From: Felis catus
Lineage: Eukaryota
DNA length: 64,000 nt
Reading direction: 5' to 3'
NCBI RefSeq assembly: GCF_018350175.1
Contig: NC_058368.1
Span: 67,458,001 to 67,522,000, forward strand
Shown: positions 1 to 13,568 of the stretch, one piece after another
Layout: each line of letters starts with the position of its first letter
How positions within the stretch are numbered: position 1 is the first letter of the stretch
Translations under genes and position numbers: made by a program
The notes under the pieces: generated by a model
Database searches by the model: none
The model's input: only the letters and a program-made list of their open reading frames with translations
What the model was told of the DNA's origin: nothing

Positions 1-637
1 ATTACACAACTACTCAGCCTTTTTTCCTTTCATTTTGGCTGAACCGCTTTTTAGGTCATAATGACTTTAGGGTTTCCAGCTCAGTGTATTTTTATTGAAA
101 CTCTTTTGTCATTGGTCCTTAGTTGACTATGGAATTGCTAAGATAATGCACTTCTTGCTCTTTCTGTGGCCAGTTTCCACTTTTTCTGTGTTTCTGCCAT
201 GAGACTTCTTTCAGACTCTGCCCCCCTCTTGCTTGCATCTTGGATTCAGATCAGATCTTTTATAGACAGTATTTTGTCCTTTTTTTTTTTTTTTTTTGGC
301 CTCATGTGCCTTTGTAGAATGACCTTTGGGTTTTCCTCATCCCTAACATTTTTTTTCTTCCCTTTTAAAGATTTTATTTTTAAGTAATCTCTACACTCAA
401 TATGGGGCTTGAACCTGCAACTCCAAGATCAAGAGTTCCGTGCCGTACTTACTGAGCCAGCCAGAGGTCCCTCTCATCTCTCACATTCTAAGTGCTCCAA
501 CCTGAATAGCTTACCCTGGGCTTGCTTCTGGCCCTGTCACCTGGCCTTAGCTTGAACCTTAGTATCTTTGACCCTAGTTGTTGCCTTTTTTGTTCTTGTT
601 CTTCAGTCTTGGTTGTGATTCTCACCACATCATAGTC

Positions 638-859
638 TTTTTTTTTTTTTAATTTTTTTTAAACGTTTATTTATTTTTGAGACAGAGACAGAGCATGAAT
701 GGGGGAGGGGCAGAGAGAGAGGGTGACACAGAATCCGAAGCAGGCTCCAGGTTCTGAGCCATCAGCCCAGAGCCCGACGCGGGGCTCGAACCCATGGACT
801 GCGAGATCGTGACCTGAGCTGAAGTCGGACGCTTAACCGTCTGAACCACCCAGGTGCCC
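638..859 (-). mobile_element. Can-SINE (SINEC, felid type)
   Basis: tRNA-derived head, (CT)n, AATAAA and polyA on minus strand; TSD caccacatcata. Confidence 0.92.
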
Positions 860-1518
860 CACCACATCATATTCTAAACCCCTCAACTTTACATTTCTTA
901 AAATTCTTTAATTTTGCTCTTCAAAATATGATGGATTTCAGTACTAACTTCATTGAAGGACTTAACTACTCTACCTTTTTTCTTATGCTTCCTGTATATT
1001 TTGCTGACCTATGGTTATGCTCATCTAAGGAGGAACCTATTGTTTCATGCTGATTAGGCAATGGCATGATGTTTGGTTGCCTAATCAGAAAACAGGAGAT
1101 AGCTTGTTACCACTGCCACTGGATGTGGCAAAGGAATAAAAAGTATCCATGGCTGAAAATAGGGTTGAGATACTACAAAAACAGCCATGATTTATAAATA
1201 ATTTTTTCTTTTTACATATTAGTGTCTTTATGAATCTTTGGTAGCATCAGTTTGATTTGGTACTTGTTATCACATATTACATATTACACTAAGTATTTTG
1301 TTGTATGCTGCTGCCAGTGTATGTAAAATATACATATTCTTGTGAAATAGAAATTTATGAAAATGCAGAGAGATGTTAAGGATTGACAAAAGTAGAATTT
1401 TAGTATGGCATATGTTTAGGGATAAGCTTTTCTACAGGCTTCAAATGTAGTGCTCCTTTGAATATTCACTGGTTCATGAAAAGTGGGTTAGAAAACCATC
1501 CACAGATTCATTTTTCTA

Positions 1519-1821
<303 letters not shown>

Positions 1822-4800
1822 TTAGGTGATATAAAGAAGAAAAGATGGTTTCTTTTCTCAAACTTGCTTTTTACCTGGGTTGGGTTCTCAGGGGTTGTGA
1901 GAGACCAGCAAACTGTGAAGGTCAGTAATTGAGACAGTGGTATTGCAACTTAAACTCATGTACTTTTGAGTGTGGAGATGTCATAGGAGCACAGAAGGGG
2001 CTTTCTCCCACCCACCCTCTCACTGCAGTAGTTAGGGGAGGTCTCACAAAGGAGCCAGCATGTGAGGACGGAATCCTGTTGGGGTAGAAATATCCCAGGG
2101 GGCAAGTGGGAAAGTCCTTTTCATGGAACAGCAAGTGCAAAGGGATGTGGCATGAGAACACAGTCTCTTCAGGGAAGTACAACCAGTTCATGCTGATACA
2201 GGAGTGTAAAGTAAGAGGTGGAGGAGTGGTCATGATGAGACTGGACACACATCATGGGATCTGATCACGAAGGGTCTTGTTTGCCTTCAGAGCTGAAGGG
2301 GTTTATTTTTATTTTTGTTTTTTAAAAGTTTTTCTTTTCTTTTCTTTTTTTAATTAAGTAAGCTTCATGGCCAGTGTGGAGCTCAACATGGGGCTTGAAC
2401 TCATGACGCTGGGATCAAGAGTCAGCTGCTTAACTGACTGAGCCACCCAGACACCCCAGATCTGAAAGGGTTTAGATTGAACTTAGCCAGCGATGTGAAA
2501 ATACCGCATCCTTTTTATTAGGAGTGCATTTTTGAGGGATCACTTTGGCAGCAGCATGGGGGGCTGGATTTGGAAGAAGGTGAGAGAAGATCCCAGTTAG
2601 AAGGCACACCACCTCTTGCAGGGAGAAAGGCGCCTATGCAACAACCCTTATGCTGTGGCAGGGTCTGTTAGGGAGACGTGTCTAAGGTGCACTGAAGGCA
2701 TAATCATTCTTTCTGGATGATTGGAGAGGGCCACAGAAAATTCTTGTAGAGGAGGTGGTATTTACTTATCACATTAAATAGAAATTATATGGGACAAAAT
2801 TGTAACATAATAAAGGTCTGAGTTTCGTTTAGAAGGGACAGAGAAATGCTGGATACCTCTTGTAATCCTAGAAGGTGAGAGAAATTTAGTTTGAAGAGTA
2901 ACTTAACTTTTGGGGTGAGAGTAAGGCATAACTTTTTTGGAGGGTATATACCAAATTAAATTTATCTGAGGGAGCAGTACAAATGAAATAACTTAAGTGG
3001 AAGTGTTGGTATAGTTTACAGAAAAGTTAAAGGTAACCTCAGCATGCATGCTTATCTTTGGTGACCAGGGAAGTCAACCTCATGACTATGTGAAGCCAGC
3101 CTAAGGCTTAGCTGTCATTGTTACTTGTCTCCCAGGATGTGCTTATCAAAGAGATACTCTGCCATACCAATTCTGGGGCCCCCATTTTTTGATGGATTTC
3201 ACCTGCTCATTCAGGTAATAAATGTCAGTGAAGTCACATAAGTAGCGGTCATTTTTGTCAGTGACCAGTTTGTGCAGTATTGTGCATTCAGTAGTGACAG
3301 ATTTATGCGTTTTTCCAAGGTAACACTTGCACACTCCATTGCCTTCAGCCAGCTCTCTCACTTACCATGGTTTAGTTTCTTGATATCCTGAAAGATTTGA
3401 GATTTGGTCACCTGGTTGGTTCTGCAGCTTCCTCAGTATCTTAGCATGTTTCCTCTCTTGAGATTGGAGAAGAAAATATCTGACAAAGTTCTTCAAAGCC
3501 ACACCATTGAGGTCAAAGTAGTAAGGCATGGAGGCAGAAGTAGGTAGAAGTAGGAGTCAGAGAGCTCCAGGTTGATCTGGCAGTTGATGGTGGTCCCTGG
3601 TTCCTGGTTGTAGTTCTGAAACACCTGCGAGGGTAGCCAAGGAGGGTTCTTCTAAGGGCACTGTGGGGAGGTGGTGGAGAGTCAGTTGGGTGTTGAGCTC
3701 TGGTTCCTTCCAACCACTGTGAAAGCAGGAAACCACAATGACTCAGTGAGGAATGTCTGACCCAAAATGACTTGATGGAATAGTTCAAAGAACTTGGCAG
3801 ATGCATTCCTTGCTTCTCACTAGACCTAGGTTCAAATCAGCCTTGGAGGTTGGAAACCATTGTGCTAAAATGTCATATTAAATGATGGGTCGAGTGAATG
3901 AAGCATACAGGGCTTAGTAACTGCGGGACACCTAGCCTAGATTAGATAGGGAAAAGGATCATGGCCTATGCTGAAAAGAAAGTTGGGCTTTGGAATCGAA
4001 TCTTGTTTTGACAGATACTGTGAGTCTTCTAGCAGCATGGGTAACTTCTTTAAACCTCAGTTTTCTGAGCTGTAAGAGTATGAAACATGTTTATTTTCTA
4101 GGGTTGTTGTGAAAATTAAGTGAAATTATGACACTGAAAGTATCCAGCCCATAGTAGGTTCTTAATTCCTTTTGTGTTACATCTTTCCTGTTAAACATTT
4201 TCATAGTTGGATAAGGAAAACATTTTCACTAATAGTTTATCTCATGCCCAAATTTCTTCCCTCCTCGGGCAGTCTGGAATCTTGTATTGAGTACATTGAT
4301 CTGATCCTCCCTTTGAGAAAATGTATCAGGAAAATGTTTTAAATGAAACCTTCATACTATTTTGAAGACTACCCCCTTCATACCCCCTGCATTTTGAGAA
4401 TACACAGAATCCCATCGACATGCCCCTGTAATTACTTGAGCCTCCTGTAATGGGCTGGATTGTTCCAGAGTTCACACACAGTGCTTTCACCATTCTTATT
4501 TGATTCTTAGTCATTCTCTACTTTAATTTACCATGGCTTCTGTACACACATTTCTCCCTTCATGAGCGATGCACAAATTTTTGTATTTTACACTAGGCAC
4601 TATAAATGTTTATGGATGGATAGCTTATATTAGAAATTATCTTTTAAAAAATGAAAATGAGCTATCTTTAACTGTTTTAATATTCCACCCCTAATCCCTT
4701 AAAGAGATTTAATATAAAATTTTATTGTGGAAAATTGCACACATTTACAAAAGTGGGGAATGGTATATGAACCCCTAGGTACCCATCTCCTAGCTTTAAC

Positions 4801-5639
4801 AGTTACCAACTCATGATTGATCTTATTGCATCTATACCCATGGATTATTTTTAAACCTATCATACATGCTCTCATTTCATTCATAAATATTTTAGAATCT
4901 GTAAAAGATAAGGATTGTTTTAAATTTTAGGATCTATATCACCTATATTCTCTGCAGTATCTGATTATAATGCTGTCCCTTTGAACTACACTTAAACAAG
5001 TGAGGCAGGGTGTTGTTGTTGTTGTTGTTTTTGGGGGTGGGAGGAATGAAACCATTTTATTGAAGTGCTTGGGGGAAAGGTCCAGGGGTAGGAAGACAAT
5101 GAGATCTAACATCCTCTGTCCTGTTGGAATCTCCCCAGCTGCACAGTCCTCTGAGAAAGGAGGCAGGGTTATTTTGCTTTTCTTTCCTGACTTAATTGGC
5201 TGCTTCATTGTAAAATATTATATGTATATAGTGTTTGCAAATATTCTTTACAAGAGTTTTCAGTTGCAAGTGATTATTCAATCAGGAACATCTTTCTCAG
5301 TTTATTAAGTTTGTACTGTATTAGTACATGAGTACATTTTTACTGGAAAAAGTTAATCTAGGAATATATGTTATATATATATTTTAAGCATAAATCAAAT
5401 CAGAGTGTATATACTATAATGCAGCTTGCTACCCACCACACTTCTTCACATTCTTGTCTGCCTCTAATCTCTTTTCCACACTGCAGCCAGCAGGGGTCTT
5501 TTTAAAATGTAAATCAGGTAGTGAGTTCCTTAGTAAGACCCTTCTAATGATGTGTCTTTGTACTTAGAATAAAATGTAAGTTTCATACCTTGGCCTGAAA
5601 GGCCCATTGTGATTTATCTTGCCTGCATCCTCTATCCTT

Positions 5640-5917
5640 TTTTTTTTTTTTTTAATTTTATTATTTTTAAATATTTATTTTGAGAGAGAGAGAGAGCACA
5701 CATGTGCTTGCGCATGAGCAGGAGAGGGTCAGAGAGAGAGGGAGAGAGAAAATCCCAAACAGGCTCCACCCTGCCAGCGCAGAGCCCTACATGGGGCTCT
5801 ATCTCAGGAACCGTGAGATCATAACCTGAGCTGAATGGGCTCTATCTCAGGAACAATGAGATCATGACCTGAGCTGAAATCAAGAGTCCGAAGTTTGACT
5901 GAGCCACTCAGGCACCT
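5640..5917 (-). mobile_element. Can-SINE with internal ~43-bp tandem duplication
   Basis: gggctctatctcaggaac...acctgagctgaa occurs twice; TSD tcctctatcctt; lies within an L2-like fossil. Confidence 0.88.
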
Positions 5918-6781
5918 GTCCTCTATCCTTCCTAACATGCTGGAGCCTCCTTTTGATTCCTCGAAGGTGAGCTTGGTCCTATCTAAGCCGTTTCCACTTG
6001 TTTTGTACTCCTTGTCTGGACATATTTTGGCATTCTGGAGGCACTTGTCATTCAGGATCCTCCCTATCCCCATACCCTTTTGTGTTTTAACTCAAACATT
6101 ATCTTCTTAGGGAAGACTTATTTGACCCCTTTGTATTAAGTACTCCTCCTTTCCTCTGGCAGTTTGTTATGGCACTTAGAAATGATTTTATCTTTTTCTC
6201 CACTGCTACAGCAATAAATGAATAAATAGTTGCTCTGTTCTGTGTGTTATGAATGCTGCATCCTTTTGAATTTGTAAGAATGGCCATTATATTCATTTTT
6301 AGAATTTTTTTATTTGTTCCACTAATTATTTCCCCTAAATTCTCTTACTTGGTATTAGTTTCTTAAAGATTGATTTTATGATTATCTTTGTAAATTTCGG
6401 AATTGCTCATTGCCAGTGTGAGAGCAGTTTGTGGGAGAAGGCCAATTGTCTGGAGGCTGGGAAATCCAAGGGTCCCTTCCTTTTCCTTGTATTGGAGTTT
6501 GGAGCACAAAGGACTGCATCTACCTCCATGGCACACATTCCCCGGAATGGTGTTTGTATGTGATTTTGCCCACTAACCCTATTCTGTCCTTTCTACATTT
6601 TCCCCCTAAGATTTCTGTTTCTCTGATGGCCTTCTTCTTTAAATAAAAATTCCCCCCTCACCCCCAGCAAGGTTATGCATTTATTCTTTAAATAGCTTCT
6701 GTAAATTTGAGTATGTTGGGAGGTAGGCTCATGTGCTAGTCCCTGTGGTCCACTTACTTCAAAACATTTTTGATGTAAGAG

Positions 6782-6997
6782 ATTTTTTTTTTAATGTTTT
6801 ATTTTATATTTGAGAGAGAAAGAAAGAGAGAGAGCACGAGCAGGGGAGGGGCAGAGAGACAGAGACAGAATCTGAAGCAGGTTCCAGGCTCTGAGCTGTC
6901 AGCAGAGAGCCCAATGCGGGGCTTGAACTCATGAACCATGAGATCATGACCTGAGCCAAAGTCGGATGCTTAACCGACTGAGCCATCCAGGGGCCCC
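6782..6997 (-). mobile_element. Can-SINE
   Basis: typical body; TSD tgtaagagatttt. Confidence 0.9.
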
Positions 6998-7616
6998 AGT
7001 GTAAGAGATTTTTATAAGCCAGTTTTCTCCTTATTGAAAGGATTTAAATTTTTTAAAAACTTGATTTGGGAAAATCTTAAAAATATACCAAAGTAGAGGG
7101 AATAGTATTGTGAGCCAGCTTCAGAATTTATCAACATATGGCCAGTCTTATTTCACTTATACTTTCATTTTCCTTTCAAGATTATTTTGAAGTCAGTGCT
7201 GTTCTTCATATTATATATTCTGTAAATACTTCAATATGTGGCAGAGATGCCAGTGTAATGTTCAAAAACAGCCTTTCTCCAGAGTCACTGATGGGAACCC
7301 TGCCCGCTAGGGCATTCTCATAAATGACTAAAGCCTGAGGGATTCTCCTCATTGCCTCTTTGAGGAAGACCACCCTGTTCATCTCTCTTATGGCCACAGT
7401 TTAACACATAGTGTATATTCAGTAACATTTGTTTAATGAAATACCTTGGTTTCCGTAGTCTTCATTATGAAAAGCAGGTTATTTTTGGATATGGTATGGA
7501 ATTAGGTGGAACTACAGGTGACCCTCACTGTCAGAACGTAACTGGTTTCTGAATCGTTACTGCATAGTGAATTTACAGAGCAAGAGCCTATATTCTCATT
7601 TTTAAAGGGAAAAATA

Positions 7617-8186
7617 GGGGTGCCTGGTGATGAGGTTTTGGGATGATAGTGGGGTTTGTGGGGTCTGGAGCCGACAGCCAAGAAAGAATTCTTGAAGACA
7701 TCTTTGGTGCAAAAGTCATTTTATTAAAGCACGGGGACAGGACCCATGGGCAGGAAGAGCTGCTCTGGGACCCTGTGGAGAGACTACTTATAGAGTTGGG
7801 ATTTGGTGGGAGGTAATGTCAAGAGGAAGTTTCCAAAGAGATTTTCATCTGCTAAAGAAGACTCACAGGATACTGGAGGCCTAGCTATTGTCAAGCTAAG
7901 GTGGTTTTTCCTCTAGCAAAGCATTAGCATTAAGACCGTAGGGAGTTCCTGGAGAAACTCTAGCCTCAGGTAGTTGTTAATGGGTTGCAGGTTATAAGGA
8001 AATTTAATTTTATCTGCTGTTTCCTTCTGCCTTTGTTTCCCACATCACCTGGGGGGCTCAGTCAGTTAGGCATCCAACTCTTGATTTTGCCTCGGGTCAC
8101 GATCTCATGGTTCATGGGATCTTACAGTGCTTGAGGCCTTGGAGCCTGCTTGGAATGCTCCCTCCCTCTCTCTCTGCCCTTCCCCC

Positions 8187-8239
<53 letters not shown>

Positions 8240-8272
8240 AAAATAAAGAAATAAACATTAAAAAAAAAAATA
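7617..8272 (+). mobile_element. Can-SINE interrupted by a solo LTR
   Basis: head GGGGTGCCTGG (7617-7627) resumes at 8048 as CCTGGGGGGCTCAGTCAG, then (CT)n, AATAAA and A-tail; similar aaagg(g)aaaaata flanks. Confidence 0.88.
7628..8047 (-). mobile_element. Solo ERV LTR (420 bp)
   Basis: TGATG...CATCA inverted termini, 5-bp TSD CCTGG, AATAAA on the minus strand near 7720. Confidence 0.88.
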
Positions 8273-9199
8273 AAAGGAAAAATAATGCTTTCCCAGCCCA
8301 TTGAAAACTCCCAACTAATTTCTCTACATGTTACTCACACACTCTTAAATAGGGTAGACGTCTTCACATTGTTGCCCCAAACAAACAGGGTTCACAGGAT
8401 CCTAAGTTTTTGAGGCCATCAAGTTAAGGTTTTCTCCTTCCCTCCCTCCCCTTCCTTCCCTCCCCTTCCTTCCCTCCCCTTCCTTGTCTTCCTTGTGTGG
8501 AGGGGTCCATCAGGCAGCCAAGGTAATAAGACACTGCACAGAAACTAGGAACGCTGGAAGCTGAAAAAGCTACTTTGTTTAGTAGGGAAAATAGCAAGAT
8601 AGAGTGCATTTCTTTCAGCTCTTTGCTATGTTAGATGAAATAAAGAATTCAGTTGCTTTTGATGGCTGAAGTGGCAGGCTCACATAGTTGCCCACATTGT
8701 TGTGGATATCCTGGACCCTGCACTCCTGGTCTTTCTTCACCTGCCCTCCACATCCAGCCAGTCACTGCAAGTCATGTGTAGTTGTCTTTCTCTCTTCTAT
8801 TCCTCTGAGCAATCTACTCTTCTTTTTTTTTCATGGCTTCTCCTCCACACTCCTACTCCACACTCGATCGCCTCGCTGTCAAGTTACCTGGGTTGTTGTA
8901 ACAGGATACCTTATAATTTCCCTCTTCCGTGCTGGCTATTTATGAGACTCACCTAGCACTTAAAGTGACCCACTCCAGAATAATTAAATCATGATGGAGA
9001 GGAGAGAGAGCTGAAACGCAGGACTTTAATTTCTCTGAAAGCCTCATTAATTCTCTTCCGTCTGGGCATTTAAATGTGATGTTCTTTGTGTTTGGAGTGT
9101 TGGTTTTTTTTTTTTTTCCCTCTTAAGGCTTTTTCATGTAGGCGGTATTGTCCCCATTTTTCCTTTGGGTTTCGGGTGATACTTCAGTAAAACCCCCCT

Positions 9200-9600
9200 C
9201 AGTGCCGTCCAGTAGAACTTTCTATGATGATGGGAAGTGTTCAATATTATGTGCACTGTTTCCTGGACTAGCCGGTAGCTTTCCAGCACTTAAACTGTGA
9301 CTAATGACTGAGAAATTGAAATTGTTTTCATTTTTAAAAAAAATTATTTTTGAGAGAAAGAGCAGGGGAGAGGAGGAGAGGGAGGGAGGGAGGGAGGGAG
9401 GGAGGGAGAGAGAGAGAGAGAGGAGAGAAATGAATGAATCTTAAGAATCTTAAGCAGCCTCCATGCTCAGCACAGAGCCTGACACAGGACTCCATCCCAT
9501 GACCCTGGGATCATGACCTTAGTTGAAATTAAGAGTTGGACAATCAACCCACCAAGCCACCCAGGCACCCCAAATTTTAAATTTTATTTAACTATAGGTG
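9200..9600. mobile_element. MER3-like hAT fossil interrupted by a Can-SINE (~9335-9571, minus)
   Basis: cagtgccgtccagtagaactttctatgatgatggg start resembles MER3; SINE body inside. Confidence 0.6.
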
Positions 9601-9845
9601 TTAGGTGCCCTTACTTGTGTCCTTACAGCACCCTGCGTGTATTCCCCCACTACAACACTATATTGTATATTTTCCGAAAATTGTATTATTAAAACATTTC
9701 ATAAAGTTGAAAGAATTTTGTAATGTATGCTCCTATATCCATCATCTCGATTCTGCCATTAATATAATTATCATACTTGGTTTTAACACATATTTATCTG
9801 GGCATTTCTCTACCCATTAATTCTTTTCAAAAAAATATATTTCAC

Positions 9846-10030
9846 GGGGCACCTGGGTAGCTCAGTTGGTTAATCGTCTGACTCTTGATTTTGGCTCAGG
9901 TCATGATCTCATGGTTTGTGAGACCGAGCCCTGTATGGGGCTCTGCGCTGACAGTGTGGAGCTTGCTTGGGATTATCTCTCCCTCTCTTTCTGTGTCTTC
10001 CCCCACTCAAAATAAATACACAAACATAAA
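9846..10030 (+). mobile_element. Can-SINE
   Basis: ggggcacctgggtagctcagttgg head through aaataaa tail. Confidence 0.88.
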
Positions 10031-10912
10031 TATATATATTTCATAATATCCGTGCAGATTTCCCTAAACACTTTAACATGCATATCATCAACAGCTTTTT
10101 TGGGGGTAAAATTTATGTATAATAAAATGTCCATATTTTAAGTGTCTATTTGCTGAGTTTTGATAACTGCACCTCCCTGTGTACCCAAACCTCTATCAAG
10201 ATTACAACATTATCACCCCAGAAGGTTCTCATCTGCCCTTTCCCAGTCTGTCCTTTCTCCCACCTTCCCAAGTGATGATTGTTCTGAATTTTTTTCGGGC
10301 AGTGTCTATTTTAGCATCATTCTAAGTATCTGAATAGTGGAACCTCATGCTCACCATAAATGAGAAATGCTTTGGCTTCTTAGTTTCCATATGCACCCTT
10401 CTACACACGTTACATTCAATTTTGTGTTTGATTTTCAGCTCAATCGGCTGTGTGGCTACAAAAATAAGAAATTGTTTTAGGGCTGACATGGAAGCTCGCA
10501 GAAAGAGACTTGGGCTGAGGGCTCGGGCTGAGCTGCTTCTTTCTTTGTCTCTGAAAGTGCTCTAATGCACTCAGAAGAATCCCCCCAAACCACAGTCCTT
10601 ACCTTCATCACTACTATTATTGGGGTCAAGTGCAACAACAGTCTCGGTTTTCTAGTTAGCATGGGATTACTGTCAACCACAAATGGTATCTTGATTAATT
10701 ATGATTCTAATACCTGCTATGGATTACTGACATCTTATTTCTCATTGACAATGAGCTCATCACTACATTCAAGCTCAAGGATATGACCAAACTTGTCCTT
10801 AAATCCTGTCTTTGTGGGTCTGCTAGGACCATTCCCCAGTGCCAACTGTATATAAGTCTGGATCCATTCAGGAGACAGAGACCACAGAGTAATTTAAAAG
10901 AGGGAAGTTTAA

Positions 10913-11135
10913 AAATTTTTTTTTTTTTCAACGTTTTTTAATTTATTTTTGGGACAGAGAGAGACAGAGCATGAACGGGGGAGGGGCAGAGAGAGAGGGA
11001 GACACAGAATCAGAAACAGGCTCCAGGCTCTGAGCCATCAGCCCAGAGCCCGACGCAGGGCTCGAACTCACGGACCGTGAGATCGTGACCTGGCTGAAGT
11101 CGGACGCTTAACCGACTGCGCCACCCAGGCGCCCC
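10913..11135 (-). mobile_element. Young SINEC_Fc-type SINE
   Basis: CpG-rich body; perfect TSD taaaagagggaagtttaa (10895-10912, 11136-11153). Confidence 0.93.
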
Positions 11136-11765
11136 TAAAAGAGGGAAGTTTAATATAAAGAATTGTTACGCTATGATAGGAGAATAACTATAAAGATGTA
11201 AAGGGAGCTCTAAAGGATACTCTGGGGCTAACAGATGGTCCCCAAAGAAGGGCCAACTTAGAGGGGTGAACTACTAAAGTCTTGGGTTTAAGATCTTATT
11301 AGAGAAGGTAGAGGTACAACCTTAAGTTGCTGGTAGAAAAGTTTGCTGAGTTGCTGAGATTAGAGCTGGTCCACTGTAGCTGGGCAAGCAGGAAATAACC
11401 CTCTTAAGTGTAGTTGAACCCGGGTTGGGTGGCCTGTGTGTGTGTGTGACGGGGGGGGGGGGGGGAGTCAGGGTGCTGTGTGTGGGCATAAAACCTGGAC
11501 TTCATGGTGTCCTCATTGGGAGGTAGTGCCTGGTCAAGGCTACCAGGTTGCTGAGGGACTGGACCCAGGGGCATATGGCTAGGACTGGGAGCCACTGGGT
11601 ATCCTCCCCATAGGTACCGTGCAGTAGGAACCAGAACAAAATAAAGATAGCAACAAGACCCTGAAGGTGTCTTTCCTGCAGTGCCCCTTCAGTACCTTTT
11701 ACTTGACAGAGTAATATTGTACTCAGTATAAAGAAGAAATGCTTAAAAACTCCAGTCCATTTTTA

Positions 11766-11988
11766 TTAAAAAAATTTTTTTTTTCAACGTTTATTTACTT
11801 TTGGGACAGAGAGAGACAGAGCATGAATGGGGGAGGGGCAGAGAGAGAGGGAGACACAGAATCGGAAACAGGCTCCAGGCTCCGAGCCATCAGCCCAGAG
11901 CCTGATGCGGGGCTCGAACTCACGGACCGCGAGATCATGACCTGGCTGAAGTCGGACGCTCAACCGACTGCGCCACCCAGGCGCCCCG
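11766..11988 (-). mobile_element. Young SINEC_Fc-type SINE
   Basis: near-identical to the 10913 copy; TSD cagtccattttta. Confidence 0.93.
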
Positions 11989-12069
11989 CAGTCCATTTTT
12001 AAAGCCAGGTACTGAAAGATGAATTCAGAGGAGAGAGGTAGCACATTGATAACTGGCCTAGTCAGTCAG

Positions 12070-12524
12070 AGGAGGTTATTTTACTCACAGTTCCTCACGA
12101 GCTCCCCATTTTACCCAGAGTGAAACCAAAGCTGTACATGGCCCTCTGCTTCTTGACCTCATCTTCTAGTACTGTTTTCCTTGTTGGCTCTGGGGTAGCC
12201 ATCCTGGTCTCCCTGCTGTTTCTGAAACATAAGCTGGGATTCTCCTGACTTAGGGCCCTTGCACTAACTGGTTCCTCTTAGAAAGTTCTTTTTCTACATA
12301 TCTGCCTGGTGAGTTCCTTCCTTTCCTTTGTCTTTGCTCAGATGTCAGCTTCTCCATGAGGCCCGCCCTTGTCCATGTTCTTTAATACTGGAAGCACCAG
12401 CACTTCTGGTGCCCTCATGTGGCTTGACTTTTTCCGTGGTACTTCTCACCTAACATACTGTGTAGTGTATGTATTTCTCGTGTCTGCCTTCTCCCTTCAT
12501 AATGTCAGGTGCCGTGAGTGGCAG

Positions 12525-12577
<53 letters not shown>

Positions 12578-12640
12578 GCTCACTTATCCCAAATACCTAG
12601 AATAGTGCCTGATGCATTGTAGATGCTTAATTAGTACTTG
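12070..12640. mobile_element. L2 fossil containing a (TG)n microsatellite (~12527-12574)
   Basis: L2-like 3' motifs such as ctagaatagtgcctgatgcattgtagatgcttaattagtacttg. Confidence 0.6.
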
Positions 12641-12994
12641 AATATTAGAGTGGACTTGGTGATAATACCCATTAAAATGAGATTCTAGTTTAACAAAGGA
12701 ATTCTGACTTTGTTGTTCGATGTATTTTTACTACTAGGTTATGCAGTTTCCCTTATATTTTGGAGACAGTTACATTCTTTTGATATGACCAGGGTGTATT
12801 TTTGGGTGGCTTATATGCTTTAAATGAAGCACTGTGCTTTATTAAGTTACCTTTTCTATAGCTAAAGCTATGTCTTTGGCTTCTGTGACTCTTATCTGGG
12901 CAAATACTTGAGGAAGATAACTGTATTTTTAACATTTTATTCAGAATTGAATCTTGGTCATGGAGAGTTAACTGATTTTTGTTGTTGTTTTTAG

Positions 12995-13105
12995 GTGCTG
13001 AATGTGGAGTAAATGCAGATGTTGAGAAACATCTTGAATTGGGCAAGAAATTACTTGCAGCTGGACAACTAGCTGATGCTTTATCTCAGTTTCATGCTGC
13101 AGTAG
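12995..13105 (+). CDS. DNAJC3: DNAJC3 coding exon 2 (111 nt, phase 1-1)
   Basis: ttttag|GT GCT GAA... encodes (G)AECGVNADVEKHLELGKKLLAAGQLADALSQFHAAV(D); donor G|gtttgt; matches recalled P58IPK N-terminus. Confidence 0.97.
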
Positions 13106-13351
13106 GTTTGTATCTTGGAACCAAAACCCTCAGTGGCCATCCTAGTTATTTCTAGTTAATAGCATTTGGATAACATTTAAAATAAGCATTATTTAATGTT
13201 GAAAGAAAACATTTAAAAATATTTGCAGGATTTTGGGTGAAATAGATTAATAAAATAAATACACAACACTTAAATGCATATGTATCTAACACAAGAGAAT
13301 TTTCCAGATAACTACATTTTCTACTGTAAGTATCAAGAATAAGTCAAGATA

Positions 13352-13568
13352 GTTTTTTTTTTAAGATTTTTTTTTTTTAACCTTTATTTATTTTTGAGAG
13401 AGACAGAGCGAGAGCAGGGGAGGGGCAGAGAGAGAGAGGGAGACACAAAATCTGAAGCAGGCTCCAGGCTGTCAGCACAGAGCCCGATGCGGGGCTCGAA
13501 CCCAGACTGTGAGATCATGACCTGAGCTGAAGTCGGATGCCCAACTGATAGAGCCACCCAGGCGCCCC
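13352..13568 (-). mobile_element. Can-SINE
   Basis: TSD aagtcaagata. Confidence 0.9.

Larger units (their letters stand above)
10846..12060. mobile_element. Ancient ERVL-type LTR remnant hosting two young SINEs
   Basis: caggagacagagaccacagagtaattt...gggaagtttaatataaagaatt and terminal ttgataactggc resemble recalled LTR52/LTR82-like elements. Confidence 0.45.

Noticed and set aside
11423..11475. G15 run and G-quadruplex potential
   Set aside because: Simple homopolymer next to a (TG)n tract inside an old LTR remnant, with no evidence of function.
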